A stretch of 55,308 nt of DNA from Candidatus Poseidoniales archaeon (GTDB lineage: Archaea > Thermoplasmatota > Poseidoniia > MGIII > CG-Epi1), in assembly GCA_045567955.1 (NCBI GenBank), contig JBJLBX010000033.1:1-55308 (forward strand). Direction: 5' to 3'. The first letter of the stretch is position 1, and every line of letters begins with the position of its first letter. The position numbers and the translations under genes are program-made. Positions 10,232 to 20,668 of this stretch are shown piece by piece. The notes below the pieces were generated by a model. It had not been told where the DNA came from. It searched no databases and saw only the letters and a list, made by a program, of their open reading frames with translations.

Positions 10232-10799
10232 GATACCACCCCGTAACAGTCAATCTCTGGATATCTTGTAATATTTCACCAACCTGATGCCAAGAATGTT
10301 TAGATACTTCAAACATAATTAAAGAATTATATTCAGGAATAATACTATCTACTAATTTTGATTTGTTATTTTCATCAACATCAAAAATTTGTAAAGCACC
10401 GCCCATTTCTTCAGTTATTTCAGGAGTTAAATGTAAACTATATGCAATGATTCTTTCTTCGACTTGATCGTCATGCGGCAATAAAAAATCACCTAAACCA
10501 TAAACATATGCAGCCATATCTATACTAGAAAGTGGTTTAGAACTAAATGCCTCTGCAACCTTATTTCGCCACAGTTCATCACCTAAATCATCTCGAAGAA
10601 TATTAATTGCTGGATGATCTATATCGGTTAATTCAACACTCGCCCAATAACTGAATAAATCTGATTCTTTAAAGTCATATTCTAAGCCTGCTAAAGCATC
10701 AATTACTAAATCTAAAGTACTATCATCAAGAAAATTTTTAACAACGATATGAGGATATGGTGAATCTTTTACTGCAGATATTTTCTCAACCTTGCGCAT
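10224..10799 (-). CDS. 2OG-Fe(II) prolyl hydroxylase, Tpa1/OGFOD1-like catalytic domain
   Basis: PYPH..VKNFL, LLPHDD (HxD), GGALQIF, SWHQV (distal His), RLTVTGWYH (2OG-binding Arg). Confidence 0.85.
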   Translation of the reverse strand: MRKVEKISAVKDSPYPHIVVKNFLDDSTLDLVIDALAGLEYDFKESDLFSYWASVELTDIDHPAINILRDDLGDELWRNKVAEAFSSKPLSSIDMAAYVYGLGDFLLPHDDQVEERIIAYSLHLTPEITEEMGGALQIFDVDENNKSKLVDSIIPEYNSLIMFEVSKHSWHQVGEILQDIQRLTVTGWYHR

Positions 10800-11688
10800 T
10801 TTCCCTCCTAATCCAGTTCAACATACCTTCAACTGTGCCTAAATGGGTTTCTATCTGATGTGGGCCATGAGAAGAATGTGTGGTCTTAAGACCAGGCCTT
10901 AAATCAAATAATTCGTTTAGAATCATTTCAGATGATTTATCTTCTTTGTATCCCTTTTTAACTACTTCCATCCATAATTCAAATTCTTTTTTAGTCTCAG
11001 CAAAAACACCTTCTGCGATACGAGGGCCAAAGTGTGTATAGTGAATATATGCTAAATCTAATTTATTCATTTTTTCAATACTTTCTAAGGCTAAATCATG
11101 CCTATAATAGCCTGGAGTAACTGGAAATGAGCTACCTATATTTGGGTACCAAAGACCTGCTGAATCACCAACAAAGGCATTGGCGCCATAAATCCAAGTT
11201 ATATGGTGAGGAGCATGCCCTGGTGTGTGAATACCTCTAATCTTACGACTACCTAATGATAATTCAAAATTATCTTTAGCAGAAATTAAACGATCTTCCG
11301 ATATTGGTTTTGGTTTGCCATAAAGATTAGCTATACTGCCTAAAAAATCACAGCTACCAGACCACCAGCGGTCAATACTAGAAACGTGATTGTATGCGTT
11401 AGGATGAACTACTGATTTAGCATTTTTACATGCTTCCATTAAATGTCCACCACCTCCAAAATGATCTAAATGGATATGTGTTGGAATAATATAATCTATA
11501 TCTTCCAGACTCAAATCCATCTGCTTCAAACCTCTTAAAAGATTTTCATGTGAACTTGCTGGTCCAGTTTCAATTACCGAAATTTTATCATCTACAATTA
11601 CATAAACTGATATGAAATTAGATTCATTATTAGGACACAAATCAAACCAAAAGATATTGTTACTATGTTTGTTAATTATTGGAGCCAC
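10786..11688 (-). CDS. MBL-fold metallo-hydrolase
   Basis: THIHLDHFGG, TPGHAPHH, GDSAG, YTHFG. Confidence 0.9.
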   Translation of the reverse strand: MAPIINKHSNNIFWFDLCPNNESNFISVYVIVDDKISVIETGPASSHENLLRGLKQMDLSLEDIDYIIPTHIHLDHFGGGGHLMEACKNAKSVVHPNAYNHVSSIDRWWSGSCDFLGSIANLYGKPKPISEDRLISAKDNFELSLGSRKIRGIHTPGHAPHHITWIYGANAFVGDSAGLWYPNIGSSFPVTPGYYRHDLALESIEKMNKLDLAYIHYTHFGPRIAEGVFAETKKEFELWMEVVKKGYKEDKSSEMILNELFDLRPGLKTTHSSHGPHQIETHLGTVEGMLNWIRRENAQG

Positions 11689-11766
11689 ATTAAAGCATAA
11701 GATAGGGGTTTAAGTGAACCGACGGCCTTATAGCGGGTTGCTAACATGTATACGTCCGTTGAGTTA

Positions 11767-13365
11767 ATGAAATATATAATTGTGACTGGCGGCGTCCTTT
11801 CCGGATTAGGAAAAGGAATAACCTCATCTTCTGCAGGACTATTACTACAGTGCGCAGGCTACAATGTTACAGCTGTGAAAATGGATCCTTACTTGAATGT
11901 GGATGCAGGCACTATGAACCCGTATGAGCATGGTGAGGTTTTTGTTATGACTGATGGAGCTGAAGTAGATTTAGATCTTGGTAATTATGAACGGTTTTTA
12001 CGCTGTAATTTAACAAGTGAGCATAATATAACTACAGGAAAAGTTTACAAAAGAGTTATAGAAAAAGAGAGACACGGAGATTATCTTGGTCAAACTGTCC
12101 AGATTATCCCTCATGTAGTTAGAGAAATTGTTGATGGAATGAGAAAAGCTGCTGAAGATTCAAAAGCTGATATTTGTATGGTTGAATTTGGAGGAACTGT
12201 AGGAGACATTGAATCTATGCCTTTTATGGAAGCGGGACGTCTTTTGAGTAGAGAAGAAGGAAAGGAAAATGTAATGTATATTCATACTACTCTTGTCCCA
12301 GTTGTAGGTTCTGTCGGAGAACAAAAAACTAAACCAACACAACACTCAATTAAGGAATTGCAAGGATTGGGAATAAGGCCTGATATTATTGTTGGAAGAA
12401 GTAATGATGTTTTAGATGAAGATATTGCTGCAAAAATTGCTTTCTTTGCTGATATTCCTAGAAAGGCTGTGATTTCTGCACCTGATGCTAAATCTATCTA
12501 TGATGTCCCTTTAATGTTTTTAGAACAAGGCTTACATGAATTAATAGAAAAAAGGTTGGGACTTAAAACAAAAAAACCTGATGTTACAAAATGGAAAGAT
12601 TTTGCAAAAAGAGTTTCGAATGGGGGAGAAGAAGTTGAAATTGCTTTAATTGGGAAATATACGGCTCTAAAAGATTCATATATATCTCATAAAGAATCTC
12701 TTAGATATGCAGGTGCAGTCCTAGGCTGTAGAGTTAAAGTTAGATGGATTGAGGCACCTGACTTAGAAGATAGTGGGACTGTCAATGATCTTGAAGGAGT
12801 AAATGGTGTTCTTGTTCCAGGAGGATTTGGAAATAGAGGGGCCGAAGGTAAAATTATGAGTGCCAAATGGGCTCGAGAACAAAAAATACCCTATCTTGGT
12901 GTTTGTTTTGGTTTTCAATTAGCAACAATTGAATTTGCAAGAAATGTTTTAGGACTCAATGGAGCTAACTCTGCTGAACTCGATCCTGAAAGCCCACACC
13001 CTGTTGTGAATATACTCCCTGAACAGGAAGGTGTAAATGACATGGGAGCAACTATGAGATTAGGCGATCATGAAGTTAATGTTAGTAAGGGAAAAGCCAA
13101 AGAGCTATATGGTAAGGATAGAATATCTGAAAGACATAGACATCGTTATGAAATAAATCCTGAATATATCGAACAAATTGAAGCTAAAGGTATGAAATAT
13201 ACTGGAAGAGACCTCAGCGGTAGACGAATGGAAATATTAGAATTAGAAGGACATCCCTATTTTGTAGCATCTCAATTCCATCCTGAATTTAAATCTAGAC
13301 CTGATGAACCATCTCCTTTACACCTTGGCCTAGTGAAGGCTGCTTTGGTTCATAAAAATAGATAA
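11767..13365 (+). CDS. pyrG: CTP synthase
   Basis: [53 protein letters not shown]. Confidence 0.98.
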   Translation: MKYIIVTGGVLSGLGKGITSSSAGLLLQCAGYNVTAVKMDPYLNVDAGTMNPYEHGEVFVMTDGAEVDLDLGNYERFLRCNLTSEHNITTGKVYKRVIEKERHGDYLGQTVQIIPHVVREIVDGMRKAAEDSKADICMVEFGGTVGDIESMPFMEAGRLLSREEGKENVMYIHTTLVPVVGSVGEQKTKPTQHSIKELQGLGIRPDIIVGRSNDVLDEDIAAKIAFFADIPRKAVISAPDAKSIYDVPLMFLEQGLHELIEKRLGLKTKKPDVTKWKDFAKRVSNGGEEVEIALIGKYTALKDSYISHKESLRYAGAVLGCRVKVRWIEAPDLEDSGTVNDLEGVNGVLVPGGFGNRGAEGKIMSAKWAREQKIPYLGVCFGFQLATIEFARNVLGLNGANSAELDPESPHPVVNILPEQEGVNDMGATMRLGDHEVNVSKGKAKELYGKDRISERHRHRYEINPEYIEQIEAKGMKYTGRDLSGRRMEILELEGHPYFVASQFHPEFKSRPDEPSPLHLGLVKAALVHKNR

Positions 13366-13409
13366 AAAAACAAGGACAAGCTTATTAAGCTGTAATTTCT
13401 GGCCATATT

Positions 13410-13724
13410 ATGTCAGACGATAATGATAATAATGATGAATTTACAGATTTCAAAGGCAGAGCGGACCCATCCGAAGATGGTTTCACAACTTCTGAAATGA
13501 TTACAGGATTTGGGATGCTTCTTATTTTTGTAGGATTTATATTCGGTTTAATTAGACTTCTAGGATTAAAAAATGGAGAAATACCTGCTGATTATGACAA
13601 CCATCTTGATCAATTATACTTAAGTTATATTATCATGTTTGTAGGAATGTTGGTAACTAGTTTTCTAGGATTCGGAGGAATGTTTAAAAGAACTATATCT
13701 TCCTTCCTTGGTTCTAACGATTAA
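13410..13724 (+). CDS. hypothetical membrane protein (2 TM)
   Basis: 104-aa ORF with an acidic N-terminus and two hydrophobic helices. Confidence 0.65.
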   Translation: MSDDNDNNDEFTDFKGRADPSEDGFTTSEMITGFGMLLIFVGFIFGLIRLLGLKNGEIPADYDNHLDQLYLSYIIMFVGMLVTSFLGFGGMFKRTISSFLGSND

Positions 13725-14110
13725 AAAGTTAAAGATTTATCTAAACTTACAGACATTGTGTTATCATTAAGTTCAAAAGTATAAACAAAAGTATAAATGT
13801 CATTATTTTCAGTTGCGGATGTTAGTGTATAAAGTAATGAATATCCTCGTGAAGCAAGAATTGATTCAAATTCTTCAGTAACTATCTCAAAAGAAGCTGA
13901 TAATTCAGTACCATCAGCTGCATTCAAAACTTCATGTTCTAAAGCTAAAGAAAAACTATTCTCTAAAGAAGTAATTACTGGAGTTATATCGTGTCTTTCA
14001 CCTTGATGGTTACCTAAATTTACCGAATGAGTAATCGTACTAGTAACTGCAATCAAAGTTATAGACATTAAAAGTCCAGAAACCAAAAGAAGTTGTGCTT
14101 GATCTCTCAT
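13721..14110 (-). CDS. minor pilin-like protein
   Basis: Class III-like signal (RDQAQ followed by hydrophobic helix); last gene of the pilus operon. Confidence 0.6.
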   Translation of the reverse strand: MRDQAQLLLVSGLLMSITLIAVTSTITHSVNLGNHQGERHDITPVITSLENSFSLALEHEVLNAADGTELSASFEIVTEEFESILASRGYSLLYTLTSATENNDIYTFVYTFELNDNTMSVSLDKSLTF

Positions 14111-14563
14111 TTAATCCTCTCTATACCCATACCATAATTGTAGCGTTATTTCCCAAAGTTCATCATCTGCCCAAATTAATCTGAAAGTTTGAGTAACAGG
14201 CCCTGAATCGACGGTTCGATCTACAAGAACTTCAGTTTGGCTACCGTGTGTTCCTTCTAATCTATATGATATTGAAGATGAAAGACCGTCATCCAAAAAT
14301 TGTTTTATTGCCGTATTATTATCTGTGGCTAACCACCAAGCCAATGTTGAATTATGATGGGTTGCAGCAATTGTTGAATCTGTAGGAACCCATTCATCCA
14401 TTAGTTCAAGAATTTCTAAACCAGTAAAATAAAGATCGTTTTCCTCAACATTATTGGCATCACTTGTAGGAAGAACACTAACTGCAACATTGATTGTGGA
14501 TGTAAATAAGGTTGCTACAAGCAAAACTTCCAACACATGCATTTGACCTTTAGTATTTTTCAT
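14111..14563 (-). CDS. minor pilin-like protein
   Basis: Class III signal KG|QMHVLE followed by hydrophobic helix. Confidence 0.7.
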   Translation of the reverse strand: MKNTKGQMHVLEVLLVATLFTSTINVAVSVLPTSDANNVEENDLYFTGLEILELMDEWVPTDSTIAATHHNSTLAWWLATDNNTAIKQFLDDGLSSSISYRLEGTHGSQTEVLVDRTVDSGPVTQTFRLIWADDELWEITLQLWYGYRED

Positions 14564-14579
14564 AATAATTGAACTCCAA

Positions 14580-15815
14580 TTAGATCTGTGGAGTGTTTAC
14601 TGAGGTTGCAATACCCATTAATTCGAAAATAAACCAACCCAAAAAGAGAAGGAATGATGCTCGACTAAATGCAGAATACAGCTTACCTGTTGACATGAAA
14701 CCTGCTGCAAGTCCGTTACCTATTCCTTGAACCATAAGGCTGTAAAGGAACATACTTGAAATCCAAACTTCATTCATCTCTCTAATGGTTAAGTTACCTA
14801 TAGACATACTACCTCCACCTGTAGCTGCTGATGAATCTACAATTGCAGGAATAAAAGTACTAGCAAGAACTAGAATTATACCCAAATAAACAAAGAATGA
14901 AGCATAAATAACAGTTACATAACTTCCTACTTCTTGTCTTCTTTCATTTTCTAAAGCCTTTATTTCTCTAGCATCAAAAGAGGCTGCCAAAAGAATATCC
15001 GAAATTCGACCTCCTGCCCTATTTGCTTCATCGACCATCCTAACTGCTCTTGTTACAATTGGAGAAGTCACTCTTTCAGTAAACATTTCTAAAACTTCAC
15101 CGAAAGAAACGCCCCAAGAAATTTGTGAAGCCATTTTGTTTACCTCGTCATTAAGGTTACCATATTCTCCTTTAGCTAAAGTTTGAATAGCTACAGTCAT
15201 GCTAAGTCCTCCTTTCCAGTATTCAGCAAGATCTCTTAAAAAATCAGGGAACTTTTCCTCAACACGTGCTCTAATTGCGTCTTGCCTTTTCCCATACCAT
15301 CCGTAAGGATACATCAGTGCAATCAAACCAAATACAATATAATCTATAGCTGAAATTTCAGGATAACTGCGATACCACTGATCTGCTGTCATTTCTTCAT
15401 CTATACCATTTGTGAAAGGATCCTTGTCTTTAGTCTCATTATTCATAATTGCAAAAGGTGAACCCAAACCAGTAATCAATTCATATTTCTCTCCATTCTG
15501 TGGTTCTGCATATGTATTTCCTAGAGTAAAAGTGAACCTACCATCATTCAAATTCCAAGGATTGTCAAATTGTTTATCATTATCTCTATCTTCCATTGGA
15601 GTTCTTGCATCACTCTTAATATCTTCATTAGCAATTGCAAAAAAGAATAAAGCCAATACTACTGAGAAAAATGCGACAAGGGCCGGACCCCAATCGGTAT
15701 CTTTATTTTTGACACTGAGCCAACGATTGACTTTCCAATACTCCATCCAACGTCTTTTGACGCCAGTACGACGATCTGCATAGACTTTATTCTGAAGGTT
15801 CCCTTTTATTGACAT
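14580..15815 (-). CDS. type IV pilus membrane platform protein (TadC/PilC/ArlJ family)
   Basis: FPDFLRDLAE..KGGLS, YGNLNDEV, WGVSF, AGGRISDIL T2SSF-type motifs. Confidence 0.88.
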   Translation of the reverse strand: MSIKGNLQNKVYADRRTGVKRRWMEYWKVNRWLSVKNKDTDWGPALVAFFSVVLALFFFAIANEDIKSDARTPMEDRDNDKQFDNPWNLNDGRFTFTLGNTYAEPQNGEKYELITGLGSPFAIMNNETKDKDPFTNGIDEEMTADQWYRSYPEISAIDYIVFGLIALMYPYGWYGKRQDAIRARVEEKFPDFLRDLAEYWKGGLSMTVAIQTLAKGEYGNLNDEVNKMASQISWGVSFGEVLEMFTERVTSPIVTRAVRMVDEANRAGGRISDILLAASFDAREIKALENERRQEVGSYVTVIYASFFVYLGIILVLASTFIPAIVDSSAATGGGSMSIGNLTIREMNEVWISSMFLYSLMVQGIGNGLAAGFMSTGKLYSAFSRASFLLFLGWFIFELMGIATSVNTPQI

Positions 15816-16774
15816 TAGTCAGTTGAAACCTCCTGACTTAGTGAATAAAATAAACCTGAGAAAACTATTTGAATAACTGGAAATCCTCCAAAAACTAAAA
15901 GATACATATGTATCTGTTCAAGCTGCATTCCGGCTCCAGAAACCCAGAACGTAATAACTGCAATAATCATTGCGAAAATAGGCAATGCTACAGCTACAAC
16001 AACATAAGCTTCGGAAAATAATGCCATCTGCTGTAAAACATCCTTAACGTGGCTTCTATTTTGTTGACCATAATATTCTGCTCTGTTTAAGAAATAAAGC
16101 TTTAGATTTCCTCCAGCCGTTACTGTCCCAATAATTCCCTGAATAAATTCAGCGAATCTTTCAGAAGGAGTTCTGTCTACAGCTTCCTTTAATGTTGTTA
16201 CTAAATCTCGACCCATAAACTCCATACTATGATAAATCCAAGCAGCATCATGTGAAATTTCTCCATATATGTCTTTATTTCGAGCAAGAGATTTGAAGGT
16301 CTTTGAAGGTGTTGCATTAGCTGCAGCCATTGCAGACACATAACTAGCTGCAAAAGGAATTTGTTTATCCATATTTGAAGCTCTACTACTTTCCAATAAT
16401 GCTGGAGTTAACCACTGAATTAACGCCACTAATCCTGGTAAAACTAGCAATAATACTGCAGCAATAATTATTTCAACGAAAATAGAAATTGAATAATGCT
16501 CTTTGACGCCCGTAAAAGGATCTGTTGCGCCATTTGGATCTTCCATAGATTCAATTTGAGGAATTACACCTACGAGAATTAACAATGTAACACCTAAACC
16601 AACTAAAAAAGTTAATACAACTTGCATTGCTGAAGTTGCAACATAATCTTCTGCGAGAAGTGGAATACGGGCTTTAACTAACTGATTTTTAAACCCTAAT
16701 GAATCTTTAGTCAGCATACGGCCTAACCAACCGAATAAAACTCTACTAAATGTTTCAAAACCCGTCAGAGCCAT
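15815..16774 (-). CDS. type IV pilus membrane platform protein (TadC/PilC/ArlJ family)
   Basis: IPFAASYVSAMA, YGEIS, GRDLVTTL..AVDRTPS..FAEF. Confidence 0.88.
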   Translation of the reverse strand: MALTGFETFSRVLFGWLGRMLTKDSLGFKNQLVKARIPLLAEDYVATSAMQVVLTFLVGLGVTLLILVGVIPQIESMEDPNGATDPFTGVKEHYSISIFVEIIIAAVLLLVLPGLVALIQWLTPALLESSRASNMDKQIPFAASYVSAMAAANATPSKTFKSLARNKDIYGEISHDAAWIYHSMEFMGRDLVTTLKEAVDRTPSERFAEFIQGIIGTVTAGGNLKLYFLNRAEYYGQQNRSHVKDVLQQMALFSEAYVVVAVALPIFAMIIAVITFWVSGAGMQLEQIHMYLLVFGGFPVIQIVFSGLFYSLSQEVSTD

Positions 16775-19017
16775 TTATGCCACCAACGTGGATTAGCGGA
16801 ACGTTGCACTCTATTGGCTAAATTGGTTTTCAAAGCTACCAATGCCTTAGATTGACGAGTTTCTTCAGCCTCAACAGCCGCCGACCTCTTACCTTCATCA
16901 CTCTTTTCAATGTTCATTGCTGCTTTAGATCGGGCATTCATTTCTGATAATACTGCTTTTAAAATTCTACGGCCTTCAATCTCATTAAGAGAAGAAACAT
17001 CTCCAATATCTACTTCTTTAGTCAATGGAGCTAATTGTTTCAAAGGCACATAATATGCTTGATCTTTAAGTAAATCATTTTGTAATTTTACTTCTGCTTT
17101 TTCACGTCTAGATTCTTCATTTGCAATTAATTTAGATCGCTTAGAAGGATCATCAGTTTGTGAAATCTTAGCATCGCTCTTTGCACGAGTAGCTTGTTCT
17201 TTGGCTTCACGCGTTTGATACTTCTGTCTTACCTTAGGTGGGAAATCTCCAACATCGACTTCATCATCATCTCGAGATAAATCCATATCTCTGTCTTCAA
17301 CTTTACGTCGACGTTTCTTGCCACCTACTTGCATATCCTCGTAAACTTGACGCATAACATCTTCTGGATGAACATAATACTCAGCAACGACACGTGCAAA
17401 ATCTTTGTAATCTCTAATTCCTTTCTTCAAACACCACTCGATAACCAATTGTCTCCTCTTGGTTTCATCCATAATCTCAACACGGTTAAGATTGGCTTTC
17501 ATCATAATTTTTTCGAAAATATATGATTTTCCTGTAAAAACATATTCATCGATAGTGTTATCCCATCTAAAAGCTTCATTTGTTAACAATTCATGTGAGT
17601 GAGGATCAATACCTATAATCTCAACAATTGCTTTATTTCTTCGAACACGTTTACCTCCAACACGAGTCTGAATCTGAATAGATATTCCATCTAATGCAGG
17701 AATCAATACTCTAGGAATTTCAATCGGTTTATTCTCAAGACGGTGTACTAAACTTTGAATCGAATCTGCGTGGAAAGTAGAATATGTAGTATGTCCTGTT
17801 GCCATAGCTTGGAAAAGAACATAAGCTTCAGCACCTCTAATTTCTCCTACAATTATGTATTCTGGACGTTCACGAAGTGCTGCCCTTAGCAAATCATACA
17901 TGTCAACCTCTCCTGCAGCTTTTTCACCAGAACCTCCTGATTCACCACCAAAACCTTGTCGTGTACAACCTGGAATCCAATTCGGATGAGGTAAATTCAA
18001 TTCTCTTGTCTCTTCAATACTTACAATTTTATGTTGCCACGGAAGGAAAAGTGAACAAGCATTCAAAGATGTTGTTTTTCCAGATGCAGTTCCACCTACA
18101 AAAAGCATCGACATACCATATTGCATTGCTAACCAAAAGAATGCAATTTGCATCGACGAGAACGTTTTGAATTCAAGTAAATCTACTGGAGTAAAAGGTT
18201 CATCTCTGAAACGCCGTATCGTAAAAGTAGATCCCTTCGTTGAAACTTCCCGACCAAGCGTCATAACTATACGTGAACCATCCATCAAAGTTGCATCCAA
18301 TAGTGGTTCAGCAATGGAAATATGTTTTCCACAACGTTGTGCCATACGAATAATGTATTGCTCTAATACATCTTCATCTTCCCACATCACATTCGTTCTT
18401 AAAGATTCAAATCTTCTATGATAAACAAATATTTCAACATTAGGTCCATCACAAGAAACATCCTCAATATTCGGATCTTTCATCATTGTATCTATTTTTC
18501 CGTAACCAATTAAATCTCTTTCAATATAATAATGTATTTTTTCTCGATTACTTTTACGTGATTTTAATCTATAACTATCTAAAATATCATCTACTGCTTG
18601 TTTCAAAAAGTCTTCTTGTGTTTCGTCAAGTGTATCACGGTCAATATTGAGAGCTCTCTGAAGAACTAATTTAATTGTATCTAAATCTTCTTTCTCTTGC
18701 TTTGTAGCTTTTGGTTCAACTACATAATAAAAACGAGAATAATCTCTTTTATCAAACAAAATTCTAACATAAGAATAAGGAGGATGAACTGGATAGGTAT
18801 CTAATTCTTCAAAATCTTCGCCAATCTCAATATCGTCCATTACTAAATCATGGATAACGCCTTCTTTTTCTGCTGCTTTTCGCTTTTTAGCTTCAGCCTT
18901 ACGTTGCTTGTTTAATTTGCGGCGCTGGAGCCAAGAAAGTTTCGACTCATCGATTTGCTCTTCTTGCTCGCCGAGTAAACTCGAAGCATTCTCCATTGTT
19001 TCTTTGGCTGCGCTCAT
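16765..19017 (-). CDS. pilB: type IV pilus assembly ATPase (PilB/ArlI family) with charged C-terminal extension
   Basis: Walker A GGTASGKTT, SIEETREL, ALRERPEYIIVGEIRG, MATGH, TFHA. Confidence 0.93.
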   Translation of the reverse strand: MSAAKETMENASSLLGEQEEQIDESKLSWLQRRKLNKQRKAEAKKRKAAEKEGVIHDLVMDDIEIGEDFEELDTYPVHPPYSYVRILFDKRDYSRFYYVVEPKATKQEKEDLDTIKLVLQRALNIDRDTLDETQEDFLKQAVDDILDSYRLKSRKSNREKIHYYIERDLIGYGKIDTMMKDPNIEDVSCDGPNVEIFVYHRRFESLRTNVMWEDEDVLEQYIIRMAQRCGKHISIAEPLLDATLMDGSRIVMTLGREVSTKGSTFTIRRFRDEPFTPVDLLEFKTFSSMQIAFFWLAMQYGMSMLFVGGTASGKTTSLNACSLFLPWQHKIVSIEETRELNLPHPNWIPGCTRQGFGGESGGSGEKAAGEVDMYDLLRAALRERPEYIIVGEIRGAEAYVLFQAMATGHTTYSTFHADSIQSLVHRLENKPIEIPRVLIPALDGISIQIQTRVGGKRVRRNKAIVEIIGIDPHSHELLTNEAFRWDNTIDEYVFTGKSYIFEKIMMKANLNRVEIMDETKRRQLVIEWCLKKGIRDYKDFARVVAEYYVHPEDVMRQVYEDMQVGGKKRRRKVEDRDMDLSRDDDEVDVGDFPPKVRQKYQTREAKEQATRAKSDAKISQTDDPSKRSKLIANEESRREKAEVKLQNDLLKDQAYYVPLKQLAPLTKEVDIGDVSSLNEIEGRRILKAVLSEMNARSKAAMNIEKSDEGKRSAAVEAEETRQSKALVALKTNLANRVQRSANPRWWHKWL

Positions 19018-19021
19018 TTTA

Positions 19022-19498
19022 TCATCCTGCGGTTAACTTGACAACCTTCAGGTTATCGTCATAGTATATGACTATATAAGAAGTCGTCGATATCAATGGT
19101 GAACCACTTGTAGTCTCTATTGCTGTAGCTGGAGATAGAGGGAAAGTTACCTCGAATTCTCCACCCCTAGGCTCCATTGTAGTGACTTTAAGACCTCCAT
19201 TTGTACCGTTTACCTTGTACTTAATTCCATGATTTATAGATTCAATACCTGTACTCAATTTAACAACAGGGGAAGAATCTGGATACTCTCGTACAGTAGT
19301 CAAAAGATCTTCAATAGATAATTGGAAATAAAGGGCTAATTGTTCAGCTTCTTCCTGTGCTGTATTTGCTATATTTCCATTAAGCATTGTAGTAGAAGTC
19401 AGCATTATAGATGATAAAATTAAAATTGAAACGGCTATTGTATAAACATAACCAATTAATTCTGAAGCTGCAGAATCATCGTAAGCTAAATTTGACAT
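19022..19498 (-). CDS. pilin-like protein
   Basis: DDSA|ASELIGY class III-like signal followed by hydrophobic helix. Confidence 0.7.
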   Translation of the reverse strand: MSNLAYDDSAASELIGYVYTIAVSILILSSIMLTSTTMLNGNIANTAQEEAEQLALYFQLSIEDLLTTVREYPDSSPVVKLSTGIESINHGIKYKVNGTNGGLKVTTMEPRGGEFEVTFPLSPATAIETTSGSPLISTTSYIVIYYDDNLKVVKLTAG

Positions 19499-20627
19499 GT
19501 ATTGTCCTCTCTAATAGTCTAAAGTCAAATGGCGTTGATTGTGAATATATGATGTCTTCTTCTAATGGAAATTCAGCATGCGCTACTACTGATTCGCTTC
19601 TGTCAAATTTGTAATCTGCTGCATCAAAATTATTGTAAGACATATAGTACCTTTGAAGGGCATCTGCACTTTCTCCATCAAAAGATATTCTTAAACTGTA
19701 AATATTCAAGGATATGTCATTCCCGCCTTGATTACGGATATCGAAAACATAATTGCCCGCCATCAAAGATTTTATAGAAGATGACATATTATAATCAGTT
19801 TGGTAAAATGTTAGTGAATCATAGGTATCTTCTTTTCCAACTTCTTCATTTATAACTGATCTAGTTAATGGTTGAGAACTAACATAAAATTGCCCACCAG
19901 GCTCCTTGGAAACAACTCCACCATTGAGCATTCGCATTTTGAAGACGCCTGAAACTGAGGCGTATTTGTAAGATAATGAATCTGTACCATATATGAAAAA
20001 TCCGCCAACTTGTGTAGTATTTGCAGTACTAGTGTATGTGGCTGAAGTGCCATAAGTCAAGGGGTATGGAAAACCTGAAAATATATTTTCTGAAGAAGTA
20101 CCTGTCCATTGCGTACCGTCTGGAACCCATGTAAATCCTGCATCTACACAATCTTCTTCGGTTGCGTCAAAGTCTACTTCATTATCGTCAGAGTCATAAC
20201 AAAAATTAGGATAAGTTAAAGTTATTCTGTAATTGTCTACTACTTCTAAATTATCTTTTATGGCAAAAGATTCAGAACCTGTTTTTATGCCAACTATTTT
20301 AGGATCTGACCAAGGAACGGCAGTATAATAATATCTAATTTCATCTAAATTGGGGCGTTGAACAAAAGTTCCGGAACTAAATGATATTGTTGAAGTGCGA
20401 GATGAACCTTCGCCCTGAGCAAGAACATGATCTAAGTCAACATCAAAATTTAAAAGATTATTTTGTGCTGAGGTGTATATTGCATAAGCCTCATTTTGCT
20501 GTATTTGTGGGATACCCCAAGCTAGCATTGTTCCAGTAACTGTAAGCATAATCGCTAAAATTAAAATTGTACCAATTACGGGACTCACTGCTTCATCGGA
20601 ATTAGTTAAGGATAGCTGACGCTGCAC
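19476..20627 (-). CDS. large pilin-like/adhesin protein
   Basis: DEA|VSPVIGTILILAI class III signal; WGIPQI motif. Confidence 0.78.
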   Translation of the reverse strand: MQRQLSLTNSDEAVSPVIGTILILAIMLTVTGTMLAWGIPQIQQNEAYAIYTSAQNNLLNFDVDLDHVLAQGEGSSRTSTISFSSGTFVQRPNLDEIRYYYTAVPWSDPKIVGIKTGSESFAIKDNLEVVDNYRITLTYPNFCYDSDDNEVDFDATEEDCVDAGFTWVPDGTQWTGTSSENIFSGFPYPLTYGTSATYTSTANTTQVGGFFIYGTDSLSYKYASVSGVFKMRMLNGGVVSKEPGGQFYVSSQPLTRSVINEEVGKEDTYDSLTFYQTDYNMSSSIKSLMAGNYVFDIRNQGGNDISLNIYSLRISFDGESADALQRYYMSYNNFDAADYKFDRSESVVAHAEFPLEEDIIYSQSTPFDFRLLERTIHVKFSLR

Positions 20628-20668
20628 ACGGGCTTATCTAGTAGGGGTTCAAAAAGTATTATGTTAAA

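Noticed and set aside
10220-10235. Programmed +1 frameshift fusing the two Tpa1-like ORFs
   Set aside because: CGC-TGA-G gives no plausible tRNA re-pairing; an SD-preceded ATC start explains the overlap more simply.
13721-20627. Archaellum operon
   Set aside because: No archaellins or arlH/arlF/arlG; the two TadC-like genes plus minor pilins fit an adhesive type IV pilus.
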